Assembly: GCA_047495785.1 (NCBI GenBank)
Contig: JBLDXI010000073.1
Coordinates: forward strand, 461,239-525,238
Reading direction: 5' to 3'
DNA: 64,000 bases
DNA from: Lepidodermella squamata
Lineage: Eukaryota; Animalia; Gastrotricha
Both the position numbers and the translations under genes were made by a program. This document shows, piece after piece, positions 51,608 to 64,000 of this stretch (positions within the stretch are counted from its first letter, which is position 1; every line of letters starts with the position of its first letter). Below the pieces are notes generated by a model. That model was not told where the DNA came from and did not search any database. It saw only the letters and a list, made by a program, of their open reading frames with translations.

Positions 51608-54600
51608 ATGAACCCGTTTCTGATTGCCATAGGTAAATGTTGATCATTTCCGCCATTTGCTATTTGCTTCTGATCAGTCCTTTATTTTGGTTTAATACCT
51701 TGGATTCAAGCTTTTCAAATTTCACTTCAAAAGTTCACTTCAATACAAGCTTTTCAAAAGCGCATAAACTGAGTGAAAAAAGCTTGAATCCGAGTTGTTC
51801 AATGACGCTAACTATATGTTCCTCTTTTGTCATAAAAGGGTTAGCGAGCGTCGGTTTTTCCACTGGCTGCTCTCCGAGCCAACAAAGGAGCGCCCTGGTA
51901 AGTTTCTCCCCGCTAGTTTCTCTATAGCCAGCGTACCAATGGTTATCCAGGCATGTAAAAATGGTGGTACGTACGATTCTTCAGCTGATGCATGTCGATG
52001 CCCGTATGGTTACAACGGCACGCAGTGCGAAACATGTAAGTTCTACTTGCGAGCTCATAATCAATATCAAATGTAACCTAATCTTAACAGATTGGTGCGC
52101 GGGCTGCAAAAACGGAGGGACCTGTAGTGGTCCTAACACTTGCACTTGCGCAAGTGGCTGGCGTGGATCAACCTGCGAGGAATGTCAGTTGATAGCCTCC
52201 GACGAGAAAAATCAAATGCTCATGTTCCTGGCTAGATTACTGCGTCGAGCCGTGGTGCTGGAACGGTGGGGTGTGCAATGGCCCCAACACCTGCCTCTGC
52301 CTGCCTGCGTGGACAGGGCCGAGTTGCAACATATGTAAGCTCATCGATGTCGACAATGATCCTATTTGAACCTGTTTTTTCATTTCAGCCTCCTGTACGC
52401 CACCATGCGCAAACAACGGCGTTTGCCTCTCCGGCAATCAATGTAAATGCGTGAATGGTTACACCGGCTCGCGGTGCGCGGATAGTAAGACTAGCATTAA
52501 ATTAATCCCAACTTACTCATCTGTTTTATTTTCCAGTTCCCTGCCCTACACCCTGCCAGAATGGCGGTACCTGCTCAGCCCCGAACACTTGCACTTGCGC
52601 ATTTGGATATTTAGATGCTGACTGCTCCAGGGGTAAGGAGTTTCACTGCAAATATGCAAATAGCAAAATATGACAGCTGATTTCATCATTCAGCCAAGTA
52701 CTATCTAGCTGGAAGCACAACTAATTTCCGCGCCGCCACAACTATCTGTGAGACAGCAAATAGCCGTGCTGTTGTGATTTCTACGCAAGCTGAGTTGGAT
52801 AAGGCGAAAACTAGCTTAGGGGCAAGAGCTCAAGTTTGGATTGCGCTATCGGCCGGGTTTCGCTGGGCCTATGATGACTCGACAGTTGGTCTATCGAATA
52901 TTTGGGCAAACGGCGAGCCGAGTGGTGATGGCAGCTGTAAGTGTTGAGCAATACCGTAAATTCCCAAATACAAGCCCAGGCGGCAATTTGATGTTCTTTG
53001 TAGTGCCGCCTGGGCTTGTAATTGTTACGGTAACAATCCCCATAGACAATACTGTAACAGATAGGAAACTAACGATCTTTCCATAGTGAGTTTACTCGAG
53101 CTGAATATGCAAAGAGCGCGACGCGCGACCACTTTTTATGCCACACAACGCCCTATCCGCCCATAATTAATCTAATTAATTTCAAAAATAAAAAAGCCAC
53201 AGGCACCTCTTTCAAAAAATTTGGATTCTTGCTCATAAGTGATAGAAGCGGCCCTCTGTCTAATATATGTTAGAGCACCGAGTTTTGCTTCTAATCGAGA
53301 AAACGCGTAATTAGAAATAAGGCGGATTTTTTAATAATCTCGAGTCGAAGTTTACGAGAGGCAGCGTTTTCGACATTAGGATCCAAAAGAGTGATCTAAC
53401 ATTATTAGAGCACGTCTTCTAATTTTCAGGGACTCAATAATGCGCGTTTTTCACCTCATATTAATCACATTTTTCGATTTTTTCTGGGGCCGAAAAATCG
53501 CTAGAAAATAATCGGAAAATCAAAATTAATTGTTCTACCGGACACATTTTAGACAAATGTCTATGGCTAGCCCGGTTAAACCGCGGTTAACCGCCGGTTA
53601 ACCGTGGACTTGGGCTATTTCCTGTATCAGCTATCGACAATCATCGATTTACACCGATTTTGAAAAATCTGATAGAAGAGACGGTTCGAAATTCTAAATC
53701 TACTTACTAAATTGCCCCCCTGGCCCGATTAAATATCCCTTTAGCATCGATATTTGCGGTTTAAATGCAACTCCCGGTATTTGGCTTGGTTACTTCCGGT
53801 TTACCCCTATCAATTATCGAAATTATTTAAAAACTGTAAATGACTGCTTCAGGAGCGTTTTTTTCCTGGATTTCCTCCCTGAAACCTCAGAGGTAATTAT
53901 GAGTCGTAAGTACTTTCTGCAGAGAGAAATTGTTTTATATCTGCTTCCGCTTAGAAGATAGCAATTATTCTAATTGAGGCATTTTTAGGTAATACGAAAG
54001 GTTCCCTTTTGTAAGCAAATGAAACATTTTATGCTGGGGACTAATACGTGAATGAGAACGAGATGAATGGGAGCAAGCAATCCTCTAATTTTTTTGATCA
54101 ATATATTGCATGCAGTTATTTTGGTCAAAACCGCGGTTCCGAGGGGAGCTAACCGAACCGGCGGTTAACCGCGGTTATCCGGTTATTTTTTCAACCGCGG
54201 CATCTCTACCGAAAAGTTATTTCAGACGACTAAAAAATTCTCAAATTTGGTTTCGCTACAGCCTATTTGATTCCGCTACAGCAAATTAGGTTCCGCTCAC
54301 CGTTGAATTGTTTCATGTAAAAGGTCTGAAAATCTGGAATACGTGACCGGCTCATAAACTGGTAAAAAGACTAAAGATTGGAAATCAGTGATTGAAAATG
54401 AAGGAACATTTTAGCTCACGGGTAGTCTCAAACATATAAATTCACAATACCTAATTCAATTAAATTGTAAATTTTATTAAATTTCATTAAAATAACTAAA
54501 TCTCAATGCCAAAACATGAAAATAAGCAACTACTGGAACCTGAACACTAAAGATGTGTTTGCTCATTATTGATGACTAATTGATTATACCTTTCAGGTGT

Positions 54601-55128
54601 CACCATGTATGTGGGAATCGGGCTTAACGATGAAGCTTGTTCCACGATTAATAAAGTACTTTGCCAAAGTTTAACCGATGTGAGCCCTTTCATTACCGCG
54701 ACTTATTCCCTTCTAACTTTCATCAAATAGGAAAATGACATTCAAAACTTCGCGCCCGATTCTAATTGGGCGAACGCAAAAAGCAATTGCGACGGAAGAG
54801 GACTCAGACTAGCAGTCCTGAAGACGCGAACAATCGTTGACTTGATGATTAGCCAAAGTAAAGCTGGATGGATCGCCGCGAAACGCCCCGATGGCAGTAA
54901 TTTCTACTGGTCTACAGGCGGGATTGTCTCGCCCAGCAACACCATTCCGCCATGGGCCTCAGGCCAGCCTGAAATAAGCGATAGCAAGCAATGTAATTTC
55001 CTGAAAAAAGGCGCAGTGTTTTAACTATATTTCATGTTGATTCAGGCGTTACGATGGACACGACTGGTAAAATGACGGTTGCAAGGTGCAACGACAACAA
55101 CGATGCGCTATGCGAGTATACCTCCTAA
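51608..55128 (+). CDS. Secreted EGF(5)-CTLD-CTLD protein, paralog G
   Basis: MNPFLIAI/GLASVGFSTGCSPSQQRSAL; 5 EGF exons at about 51951-52632. CTLD1 EPS...LND split by a 1.66-kb TE-filled intron; CTLD2 QPE; CEYTS-TAA at 55126-55128. Confidence 0.85.
53571..54208. mobile_element. hAT-like non-autonomous fragment (AACCG/CGGTT subterminal repeats)
   Basis: Clusters ccggttaaaccgcggttaaccg and aaccggcggttaaccgcggtt, ending gcatctcta. No TSD verified. Confidence 0.5.
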
Positions 55129-56517
55129 AGCGGAAATCAACAAGATGCATATTAGATTTGATGGTTGATTGGATAACTTTACAAATATTGTGGTGGTTGC
55201 GTGATAAATATTATCGACGCATTTGGAATCCTGTAAGGTATTGTTGATCAAAAATGAGAATATTATGAACATAATATGAAGTTATATATTTTTTTAAATA
55301 TATTTGATACTTTCTTATATCTTGCAGAGTCTTTTATTATTATTAATTATTATAAATAATCCAGCAACTTACCGATAATCCCACGTGTTCCAGTTTCTCA
55401 AACTGCTTGTATGATAAATTTCGTGAATAAATGAAGATGCTAGCATTATATATATATTGGGGAAATTAATCCTGAAAATCGTCTTCATTTTCGGCTGGTA
55501 TTACCCACGAATCACCTGATCTCGGTTCTTCGTTACAATATGCTGTCTTCATTTTCAGCGACATTCTGGAGGGGGACAGACCAAACACGAAAATAAGAAT
55601 TTAGCCCTCTGCTTCGTCAATTTTGAGAGGTTTTGGAGCTTGTTTTAGTGGAAAATCTTCGCTCGCTTTTCTGGTTGAAATCACTAGTTTCGACAAATAC
55701 AGCAACAAATGTTTTTCCATCCCTTGCAGCTCCAGGATCCAAGATCGCACCCTGTTTTCGGGTTAGAGAGAATCCTTATAAATAGAAGGCGAAGCCAAGA
55801 AATTCTAGATTTGATATTGGCTAACCTTCAGTTCCATTTAACTAGCAATTCTGGGGCCGAGCCTTCGGCCCGGCCATCCTATTTAGTCCACCTATGGAAA
55901 AATAAAGGAACCACAAAGAATACATATTTCTTGGAGTGAAATCAACTTATCTGAGTGGACACGGACTTCAGCAACTAATCAGCAATCAACTTTAGTATAT
56001 ATCATTAGATATAAACATAAACATGTATCGCTATGAAGGTAAACGCTGCAAATCAATGCCTAACCTCGTGGGTCAGTCAAGTTGAGTCTGTTCAGACTAA
56101 CTTGCATCTCTCACTTTTCAGGGATTGTTAAGACGTCTCCTATATTAACACTTTAACTGCCCAAATTACGGCAAAAGTACCGTTGCGGTCGTAACTAAGT
56201 ATCGGTATTTCGTAACGACACTAAGTTTCGTTATTTTCAACCGAAACATTTTGCCGTCAAATAGTTCCGTTAATTTATTTCGGCATTGTCGGCATTTAGT
56301 AACGGAACATGTTCAAAAAACAACTCGCTTTTACTTGCTATTACCAACGTTATCAGAAATTGGCTCGGAATTTTTGCCTTACTCTAAATGTCGTCACTTA
56401 CATAGGAAATAGTTCTATAATTCCGAGTTAGGAGCAACAGTTCTCAATAGATTACGCAACTACGGCGACAATTTCAATGGAGAATAGTTTTTGAATGATG
56501 TTGATTTTTAAATCGTT

Positions 56518-57653
56518 TCAATAGCTGCTGGGCTCACTTTTGACCCTTTTCCGAGTATTCACCGATGAGCGCGCAGCCGCTGCTGATCGTCGATGGTCAA
56601 GGGTGGCTTGGATGGCCGAATCAATCAGGTGATACAACTTGAACGATCCCTGATAACGAGCAGCAACCCGAGCAGCCACCGCAAGCCGCATTTCTTCCGG
56701 GCACTGGGCCACAGAAACAAAGTTAGTGCCACTAAATTATCACATTTGTAGAAATTACAAGATTTTTCTTCTTTTATAAAAGTAACCTTTCTTTGCAAAT
56801 CCATATAAGCAGCGCTTTTGCATAATCGGCGATTTTGTCATGCGTACTAAATAGTAGCTCCTCCGTCTTGGCGTCAATTTCTACTTCCTTGCCATAAATC
56901 ACGCCGAGTTTTATAGGTGGCTTGGGATTTTTCGGCTCGGGCTTCGGAGCTAGTGCAATAAGCGACGAATCACCACTTGAAATCGAAATAGTTGGAGACG
57001 CGGGCGCCGGATGCTTTCGAGCGATTGCCTCAGTGTGACGGACCTCATACCAGACAATTTTATTGACGTGCCATTGCATCTTTTCGACCTCATCGCTCAG
57101 AATCGTGATGATTTGGAACTGCGCTTGGAACTGACCAGGGCATATTTCCGCAACCGATTTCGCAAGTGCCAGTTCGATTCGCTCTGCGCCATTAGCACTA
57201 AACAGGATGTAATCTGGGACTGGAGCTTGCTCGAACTCAGCTCGCGTGCCAGCACTGGATAGATTTGCGGACGATTTTGCTCGACTCGTAGAGGGCTCAT
57301 CGACTTCGAGTAAATCCGGATCGATTTGAAAGTCGGGGAAATCAGAAGCTGGTGGCGTAGCTCTCCTGCCTGCAGGTGCTTTCTGCGCAGTAGTTCGTTT
57401 ACTTGAATTTTTGGTAGGAGTGTCTTGACGTGTCTTCTTCCCAGGAGTTTCTTTCCGCGTTGCTTTAGCAGAAGCTTCCTTTGCCTGTCGATTTTTTGTT
57501 TGACCTTTCGGCTCCGATTGCCTTGTTGCCGCCGCTTGGGCTCGCGATCGAGTTTTCGGGAGAGATTTGCGGGAACTGCCAATGGCACCATTTTCTTCTT
57601 CCTCGGCGTCGTCCGCGTCCTCGTTCTCGTCGTCATCGTCGTCGTCGTCGTCG

Positions 57654-57685
<32 letters not shown>

Positions 57686-58199
57686 AGTCTCGTCCTCATC
57701 GGCCTCGGACACGCTTTCCATTTCCCCGGCTGGTATTGTCTTCCCGTATATGTCCTCTGCTGAAACTGACTACGATAAATGGAAATAAATTAGCCATGGG
57801 CTATGGTTGCAGATCAAGATAGCTTACCTTGTTGGACTCGTCGCCGCTTTGGCCGCGGTTTTCGGACTCCATCGCTGCGCAGCAACGCCGGAAATCTTCG
57901 TTGTGAGAACCGTCATCTTTCAAGATCGATGGTCTTTCCTCCGTTAGGCGAACCAATCTAGTAGCGGCAAAGATGGTCTTGTCGAGGAATCCGTAGACAA
58001 CAATCAATTTTCTTTTCTCAAAGTGATGGAAATTAGATCGATAAAATTGGTCGGGAATATCTTTGCTGTTTTTGAACGTAGCTGCGGGGTAATAAGAGCG
58101 TGTATGCAAGGTCCAGTTGGCGAAGCCTATTTTAGCAAACTTCGTTGGATCGGGGTGATAGTGATCCAAAGACACACTTTTGTCTTTGTGAAGTTTCAT
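56518..58199 (-). CDS. piggyBac cargo gene, 522 aa: PWWP-like N-terminus, D/E tract, K/R/S/T-rich linker, BEN-like C-terminus; exons 58199-57828, 57769-56787, 56731-56518
   Basis: Two GT-AG introns (58 and 55 nt) join three ORFs exactly in frame (372 + 983 + 214 nt). Domain labels are by pattern resemblance only. The mirror copy 60646-62326 (+) has a 1-nt frameshift. Confidence 0.78.
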
Positions 58200-58389
58200 T
58201 TCAAAAAATAAATCTTATTCAAGCAATAAATTTCCGAAGAAATGGTTTCTCATGCTCATTTACTGAAACGCAGCCTCAATTTATTGGAGCGCTGAGTTTT
58301 TCTCATCTCTAATTGATATCAATTCTACTCTCAACTCCCATTCATATAAGTTTTAAATTGGGCAGATCTTTTTGTTTGTTATCTTTCTA

Positions 58390-59149
58390 ATGGCTCCGGT
58401 TTGGCGTAATATAGGCCAGTCATTTCGGCCACGGCGATTTCCCTTCCGACCGACGCCACAATCTCATGTAATACCCAACCCTTTCCAGCTCTTCTTGAAA
58501 ATGGTCGGCGCTAATAGACTGTTTCGGGATATTGCGTCGTGGACGAATGCTCATGCATCCGCAAATCGTTTCATATTCATGAGACCCACTTCGAGTAAGC
58601 CATCTCTCTATTCTTTAAATTTATCAAAATCATGATCATCTGGGAATAGGAAGGGCTCGGTGGCGACCAACTAGCGCTCATGAAATTGCTGGATTTTTCG
58701 GTATCATCATGGATATGGGTTTCGAACATGGTTCGACAATCGAAGACTACTGGTCTACTCGGCGTCGTCGCCCTCGATTCATGTCGAGAAATCGATTTCA
58801 ACTTCTACAGTCAACTGTCCGATTTTCTGAACCCAGGAGGGCGTTGATGAACGCGGGCGTAAATCGCCTAGCTTCAATTCAAGATTTGATTAATCGATTG
58901 AATCGGAGATTTCTTATGCTACGATCTGCCCCGCGTTGCTTGGTAATTGATGAATCTCTAATGAATTATCGAGGAAACGTTGTTTTTCGGCAATTCAACA
59001 AGTCAAAGCGCCACAAGTATGGAATCAAAATTTACAGGCTTTGCGATCCAACGGGCTACTGTTATCGTTTCGAAATCCACAAGAAAATGTCAAGAGCAAG
59101 AAAAATTAGCCTGGCTGAGCATTTTGGACACGCAACGCTGGGTTTTTGA
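58390..59149 (+). pseudogene. Truncated mirror copy of the piggyBac transposase (cut at fold point 59076)
   Basis: Identical to the minus-strand copy up to YCYRFEI, then unrelated sequence; intron 58595-58649. Confidence 0.8.
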
Positions 59150-59165
59150 ATAAATGGTATTGATA

Positions 59166-60456
59166 CTAGGGCCGAGTTAGCCCTTCGATGATCTGCTTTC
59201 TCACATCTCTGATGGAAATATCCATTGTACCTGGCATTTTTCGCAAAAGACACCACGTGTTGACCACAGCGCTGTTCAGCAGCAGTTCTACGGCAACTTT
59301 GAATTCCCACCGTCGCGACTTCCGCAATGCCGAGTGGTAAGAAGCCATCTGGTCTTGTTTATCGATGCCGCATTTGCAGAGATTGTAGTCAATCAACGCT
59401 TTTGGAAGTAATCTGGGATGCCCTGAACGCTTCGAATGGTCCAAGGATTTTTTATTTTGGTGGAAGTTTGAGAGAAACATGACTTCCCGTCGATCAAAGA
59501 ACCGAAAAATCAAAGTTCCGAGATCATCAGTCGCAGCAGCCAGATCGCCGCGTTCGATGCGTCGCTGCAAGAGTTCCTGAGGGTTGCCGTTTCTGTTTTT
59601 ACGCAAGGTCCCAACAAGATGTGTGCTTCGTTTCCATAGCTTTCGGGAAAGCAAATAGGACGTAAAATAGTTGTCAGTGAATAAGATATGACCCCGGTCG
59701 AGGTGGTGACGCATAAGGCGCATGCAAAGCCTGGCTGTTACATTTCGCTTATTCGATTTTCCAGTGTATATTTCGAAACGATAACAGTAGCCCGTTGGAT
59801 CGCAAAGCCTGTAAATTTTGATTCCATACTTGTGGCGCTTTGACTTGTTGAATTGCCGAAAAACAACGTTTCCTCGATAATTCATTAGAGATTCATCAAT
59901 TACCAAGCAACGCGGGGCAGATCGTAGCATAAGAAATCTCCGATTCAATCGATTAATCAAATCTTGAATTGAAGCTAGGCGATTTACGCCCGCGTTCATC
60001 AACGCCCTCCTGGGTTCAGAAAATCGGACAGTTGACTGTAGAAGTTGAAATCGATTTCTCGACATGAATCGAGGGCGACGACGCCGAGTAGACCAGTAGT
60101 CTTCGATTGTCGAACCATGTTCGAAACCCATATCCATGATGATACCGAAAAATCCAGCAATTTCATGAGCGCTAGTTGGTCGCCACCGAGCCCTTCCTAT
60201 TCCCAGATGATCATGATTTTGATAAATTTAAAGAATAGAGAGATGGCTTACTCGAAGTGGGTCTCATGAATATGAAACGATTTGCGGATGCATGAGCATT
60301 CGTCCACGACGCAATATCCCGAAACAGTCTATTAGCGCCGACCATTTTCAAGAAGAGCTGGAAAGGGTTGGGTATTACATGAGATTGTGGCGTCGGTCGG
60401 AAGGGAAATCGCCGTGGCCGAAATGACTGGCCTATATTACGCCAAACCGGAGCCAT
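59166..60456 (-). CDS. piggyBac (PGBD / DDE_Tnp_1_7-type) transposase, about 411 aa; exons 60456-60252 and 60196-59166
   Basis: MSRNRF, VIDESL, KRHKYGIKIY, FTDNYFTS, VGTLRKNR, YN..K.GIDKQDQ: intact DDD triad. A 55-nt intron joins FQLF..IASWTN to WRPTSAHEIAGFFGIIMDMG. Confidence 0.93.
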
Positions 60457-61158
60457 TAGAAAGATAACAAACAAAAAGATCTGCCCAATTTAAAACTTAT
60501 ATGAATGGGAGTTGAGAGTAGAATTGATATCAATTAGAGATGAGAAAAACTCAGCGCTCCAATAAATTGAGGCTGCGTTTCAGTAAATGAGCATGAGAAA
60601 CCATTTCTTCGGAAATTTATTGCTTGAATAAGATTTATTTTTGAAATGAAACTTCACAAAGACAAAAGTGTGTCTTTGGATCACTATCACCCCGATCCAA
60701 CGAAGTTTGCTAAAATAGGCTTCGCCAACTGGACCTTGCATACACGCTCTTATTACCCCGCAGCTACGTTCAAAAACAGCAAAGATATTCCCGACCAATT
60801 TTATCGATCTAATTTCCATCACTTTGAGAAAAGAAAATTGATTGTTGTCTACGGATTCCTCGACAAGACCATCTTTGCCGCTACTAGATTGGTTCGCCTA
60901 ACGGAGGAAAGACCATCGATCTTGAAAGATGACGGTTCTCACAACGAAGATTTCCGGCGTTGCTGCGCAGCGATGGAGTCCGAAACCGCGGCCAAAGCGG
61001 CGACGAGTCCAACAAGGTAAGCTATCTTGATCTGCAACCATAGCCCATGGCTAATTTATTTCCATTTATCGTAGTCAGTTTCAGCAGAGGACATATACGG
61101 GAAGACAATACCAGCCGGGGAAATGGAAAGCGTGTCCGAGGCCGATGAGGACGAGACT

Positions 61159-61190
<32 letters not shown>

Positions 61191-63983
61191 CGACGACGAC
61201 GACGACGATGACGACGAGAACGAGGACGCGGACGACGCCGAGGAAGAAGAAAATGGTGCCATTGGCAGTTCCCGCAAATCTCTCCCGAAAACTCGATCGC
61301 GAGCCCAAGCGGCGGCAACAAGGCAATCGGAGCCGAAAGGTCAAACAAAAAATCGACAGGCAAAGGAAGCTTCTGCTAAAGCAACGCGGAAAGAAACTCC
61401 TGGGAAGAAGACACGTCAAGACACTCCTACCAAAAATTCAAGTAAACGAACTACTGCGCAGAAAGCACCTGCAGGCAGGAGAGCTACGCCACCAGCTTCT
61501 GATTTCCCCGACTTTCAAATCGATCCGGATTTACTCGAAGTCGATGAGCCCTCTACGAGTCGAGCAAAATCGTCCGCAAATCTATCCAGTGCTGGCACGC
61601 GAGCTGAGTTCGAGCAAGCTCCAGTCCCAGATTACATCCTGTTTAGTGCTAATGGCGCAGAGCGAATCGAACTGGCACTTGCGAAATCGGTTGCGGAAAT
61701 ATGCCCTGGTCAGTTCCAAGCGCAGTTCCAAATCATCACGATTCTGAGCGATGAGGTCGAAAAGATGCAATGGCACGTCAATAAAATTGTCTGGTATGAG
61801 GTCCGTCACACTGAGGCAATCGCTCGAAAGCATCCGGCGCCCGCGTCTCCAACTATTTCGATTTCAAGTGGTGATTCGTCGCTTATTGCACTAGCTCCGA
61901 AGCCCGAGCCGAAAAATCCCAAGCCACCTATAAAACTCGGCGTGATTTATGGCAAGGAAGTAGAAATTGACGCCAAGACGGAGGAGCTACTATTTAGTAC
62001 GCATGACAAAATCGCCGATTATGCAAAAGCGCTGCTTATATGGATTTGCAAAGAAAGGTTACTTTTATAAAAGAAGAAAAATCTTGTAATTTCTACAAAT
62101 GTGATAATTTAGTGGCACTAACTTTGTTTCTGTGGCCCAGTGCCCGGAAGAAATGCGGCTTGCGGTGGCTGCTCGGGTTGCTGCTCGTTATCAGGGATCG
62201 TTCAAGTTGTATCACCTGATTGATTCGGCCATCCAAGCCACCCTTGACCATCGACGATCAGCAGCGGCTGCGCGCTCATCGGTGAATACTCGGAAAAGGG
62301 TCAAAAGTGAGCCCAGCAGCTATTGAAACGATTTAAAAATCAACATCATTCAAAAACTATTCTCCATTGAAATTGTCGCCGTAGTTGCGTAATCTATTGA
62401 GAACTGTTGCTCCTAACTCGGAATTATAGAACTATTTCCTATGTAAGTGACGACATTTAGAGTAAGGCAAAAATTCCGAGCCAATTTCTGATAACGTTGG
62501 TAATAGCAAGTAAAAGCGAGTTGTTTTTTGAACATGTTCCGTTACTAAATGCCGACAATGCCGAAATAAATTAACGGAACTATTTGACGGCAAAATGTTT
62601 CGGTTGAAAATAACGAAACTTAGTGTCGTTACGAAATACCGATACTTAGTTACGACCGCAACGGTACTTTTGCCGTAATTTGGGCAGTTAAAGTGTTAAT
62701 ATAGGAGACGTCTTAACAATCCCTGAAAAGTGAGAGATGCAAGTTAGTCTGAACAGACTCACTTACTGACCACGAGATGTGTTAGGCATTGATTTGCAGC
62801 GTTTACCTTCATAGCGATACATGTTTATGTTTATATCTAATGATATATACTAAAGTTGATTGCTGATTAGTTGCTGAAGTCCGTGTCCACTCAGATAAGT
62901 TGATTTCACTCCAAGAAATATGTATTCTTTGTGGTTCCTTTATTTTTCCATAGGTGGACTAAATAGGATGGCCGGGCCGAAGGCTCGGCCCCAGAATTGC
63001 TAGTTAAATGGAACTGAAGGTTAGCCAATATCAAATCTAGAATTTCTTGGCTTCGCCTTCTATTTATAAGGATTCTCTCTAACCCGAAAACAGGGTGCGA
63101 TCTTGGATCCTGGAGCTGCAAGGGATGGAAAAACATTTGTTGCTGTATTTGTCGAAACTAGTGATTTCAACCAGAAAAGCGAGCGAAGATTTTCCACTAA
63201 AACAAGCTCCAAAACCTCTCAAAATTGACGAAGCAGAGGGCTAAATTCTTATTTTCGTGTTTGGTCTGTCCCCCTCCAGAATGTCGCTGAAAATGAAGAC
63301 AGCATATTGTAACGAAGAACCGAGATCAGGTGATTCGTGGGTAATACCAGCCGAAAATGAAGACGATTTTCAGGATTAATTTCCCCAATATATATATAAT
63401 GCTAGCATCTTCATTTATTCACGAAATTTTATCATACAAGCAGTTTGAGAAACTGGAACACGTGGGATTATCGGTAAGTTGCTGGATTATTTATAATAAT
63501 TAATAATAATAAAAGACTCTGCAAGATATAAGAAAGTATCAAATATATTAAAAAAATATATAACTTCATATTATGTTCATAATATTCTCATTTTTGATCA
63601 ACAATACCTTACAGGATTCCAAATGCGTCGATAATATTTATCACGCAACCACCACAATATTTGTAAAGTTATCCAATCAACCATCAAATCTAATATGCAT
63701 CTTGTTGATTTCCGCTTTAGGAGGTATACTCGCATAGCGCATCGTTGTTGTCGTTGCACCTTGCAACCGTCATTTTACCAGTCGTGTCCATCGTAACGCC
63801 TGAATCAACATGAAATATAGTTAAAACACTGCGCCTTTTTTCAGGAAATTACATTGCTTGCTATCGCTTATTCAGGCTGGCCTGAGGCCCATGGCGGAAT
63901 GGTGTTGCTGGGCGAGACAATCCCGCCTGTAGACCAGTAGAAATTACTGCCATCGGGGCGTTTCGCGGCGATCCATCCAGCTC

Positions 63984-64000
63984 ACTCTCACGAGATGTGT
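63984..64000 (-). other. Probable untrimmed PacBio barcode (bc1003 + T overhang)
   Basis: Last 17 nt ACTCTCACGAGATGTGT = reverse complement of ACACATCTCGTGAGAGT, which I recall as bc1003. Palindrome identity stops immediately before it. Confidence 0.8.

Larger units (their letters stand above)
56149..62695. mobile_element. piggyBac-family transposon carrying two genes (only one true end seen; it is duplicated by the palindrome)
   Basis: TTAA (56145-56148) then CACTTTAACTGCCC, followed by subterminal repeats; mirrored at 62695 with TTAA 62696-62699. Confidence 0.8.
54862..63982. repeat. Giant fold-back palindrome: arms 54862-59076 and 59770-63982, 693-bp spacer (probably artefactual)
   Basis: All ORFs are mirrored (58709 + 60137 = 118846). 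Visible arm differences are homopolymer indels and a short discordant patch near 62760-62782. Confidence 0.95.

Noticed and set aside
57097-57822. Poly-Ser, poly-Arg, poly-Thr and poly-Val ORFs (and mirrors at 61022-61747)
   Set aside because: Alternative frames and antisense of the GAG/GAC acidic tract of the cargo gene.
56149-62695. A piggyBac with 2.9-kb terminal inverted repeats
   Set aside because: Inverted identity continues past TTAA into host DNA, so the symmetry is not a property of the element.

Overview
Eukaryotic (animal-like) genomic DNA with very short spliceosomal introns (about 45-60 nt); no prokaryotic genes, rRNA, tRNA or CRISPR seen. Most of the window is a tandem, + strand cluster of secreted proteins built as signal peptide - N x single-exon EGF repeats (phase 1-1, WIF1/VWDE-type) - two C-type lectin domains. 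Four complete genes carry about 17, 27, 17 and 5 EGFs; there is one 5'-partial gene and several pseudogene fragments. Interspersed elements: (1) a decayed RAG1/Transib-type DDE transposase with a convergent partner exon, sitting where the 5' part of a lectin gene should be; (2) a LINE RT remnant; (3) several MITEs with recognisable TSDs (hAT, Tc1/mariner-type, piggyBac); (4) a head-to-head pair of intron-containing secreted 192-aa genes that resemble a bacterial protein family (HGT candidate); (5) an unknown secreted protein; (6) a piggyBac element whose intron-containing transposase is divergently paired with a three-exon cargo gene (PWWP-like / acidic tract / BEN-like), the best candidate for an undescribed system. 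The last 9 kb is a 4.2-kb-arm fold-back palindrome ending in what appears to be an untrimmed PacBio barcode, so the palindrome is probably an amplification or assembly artefact. Gene models were spliced by eye; domain calls are by motif recognition, not database search.
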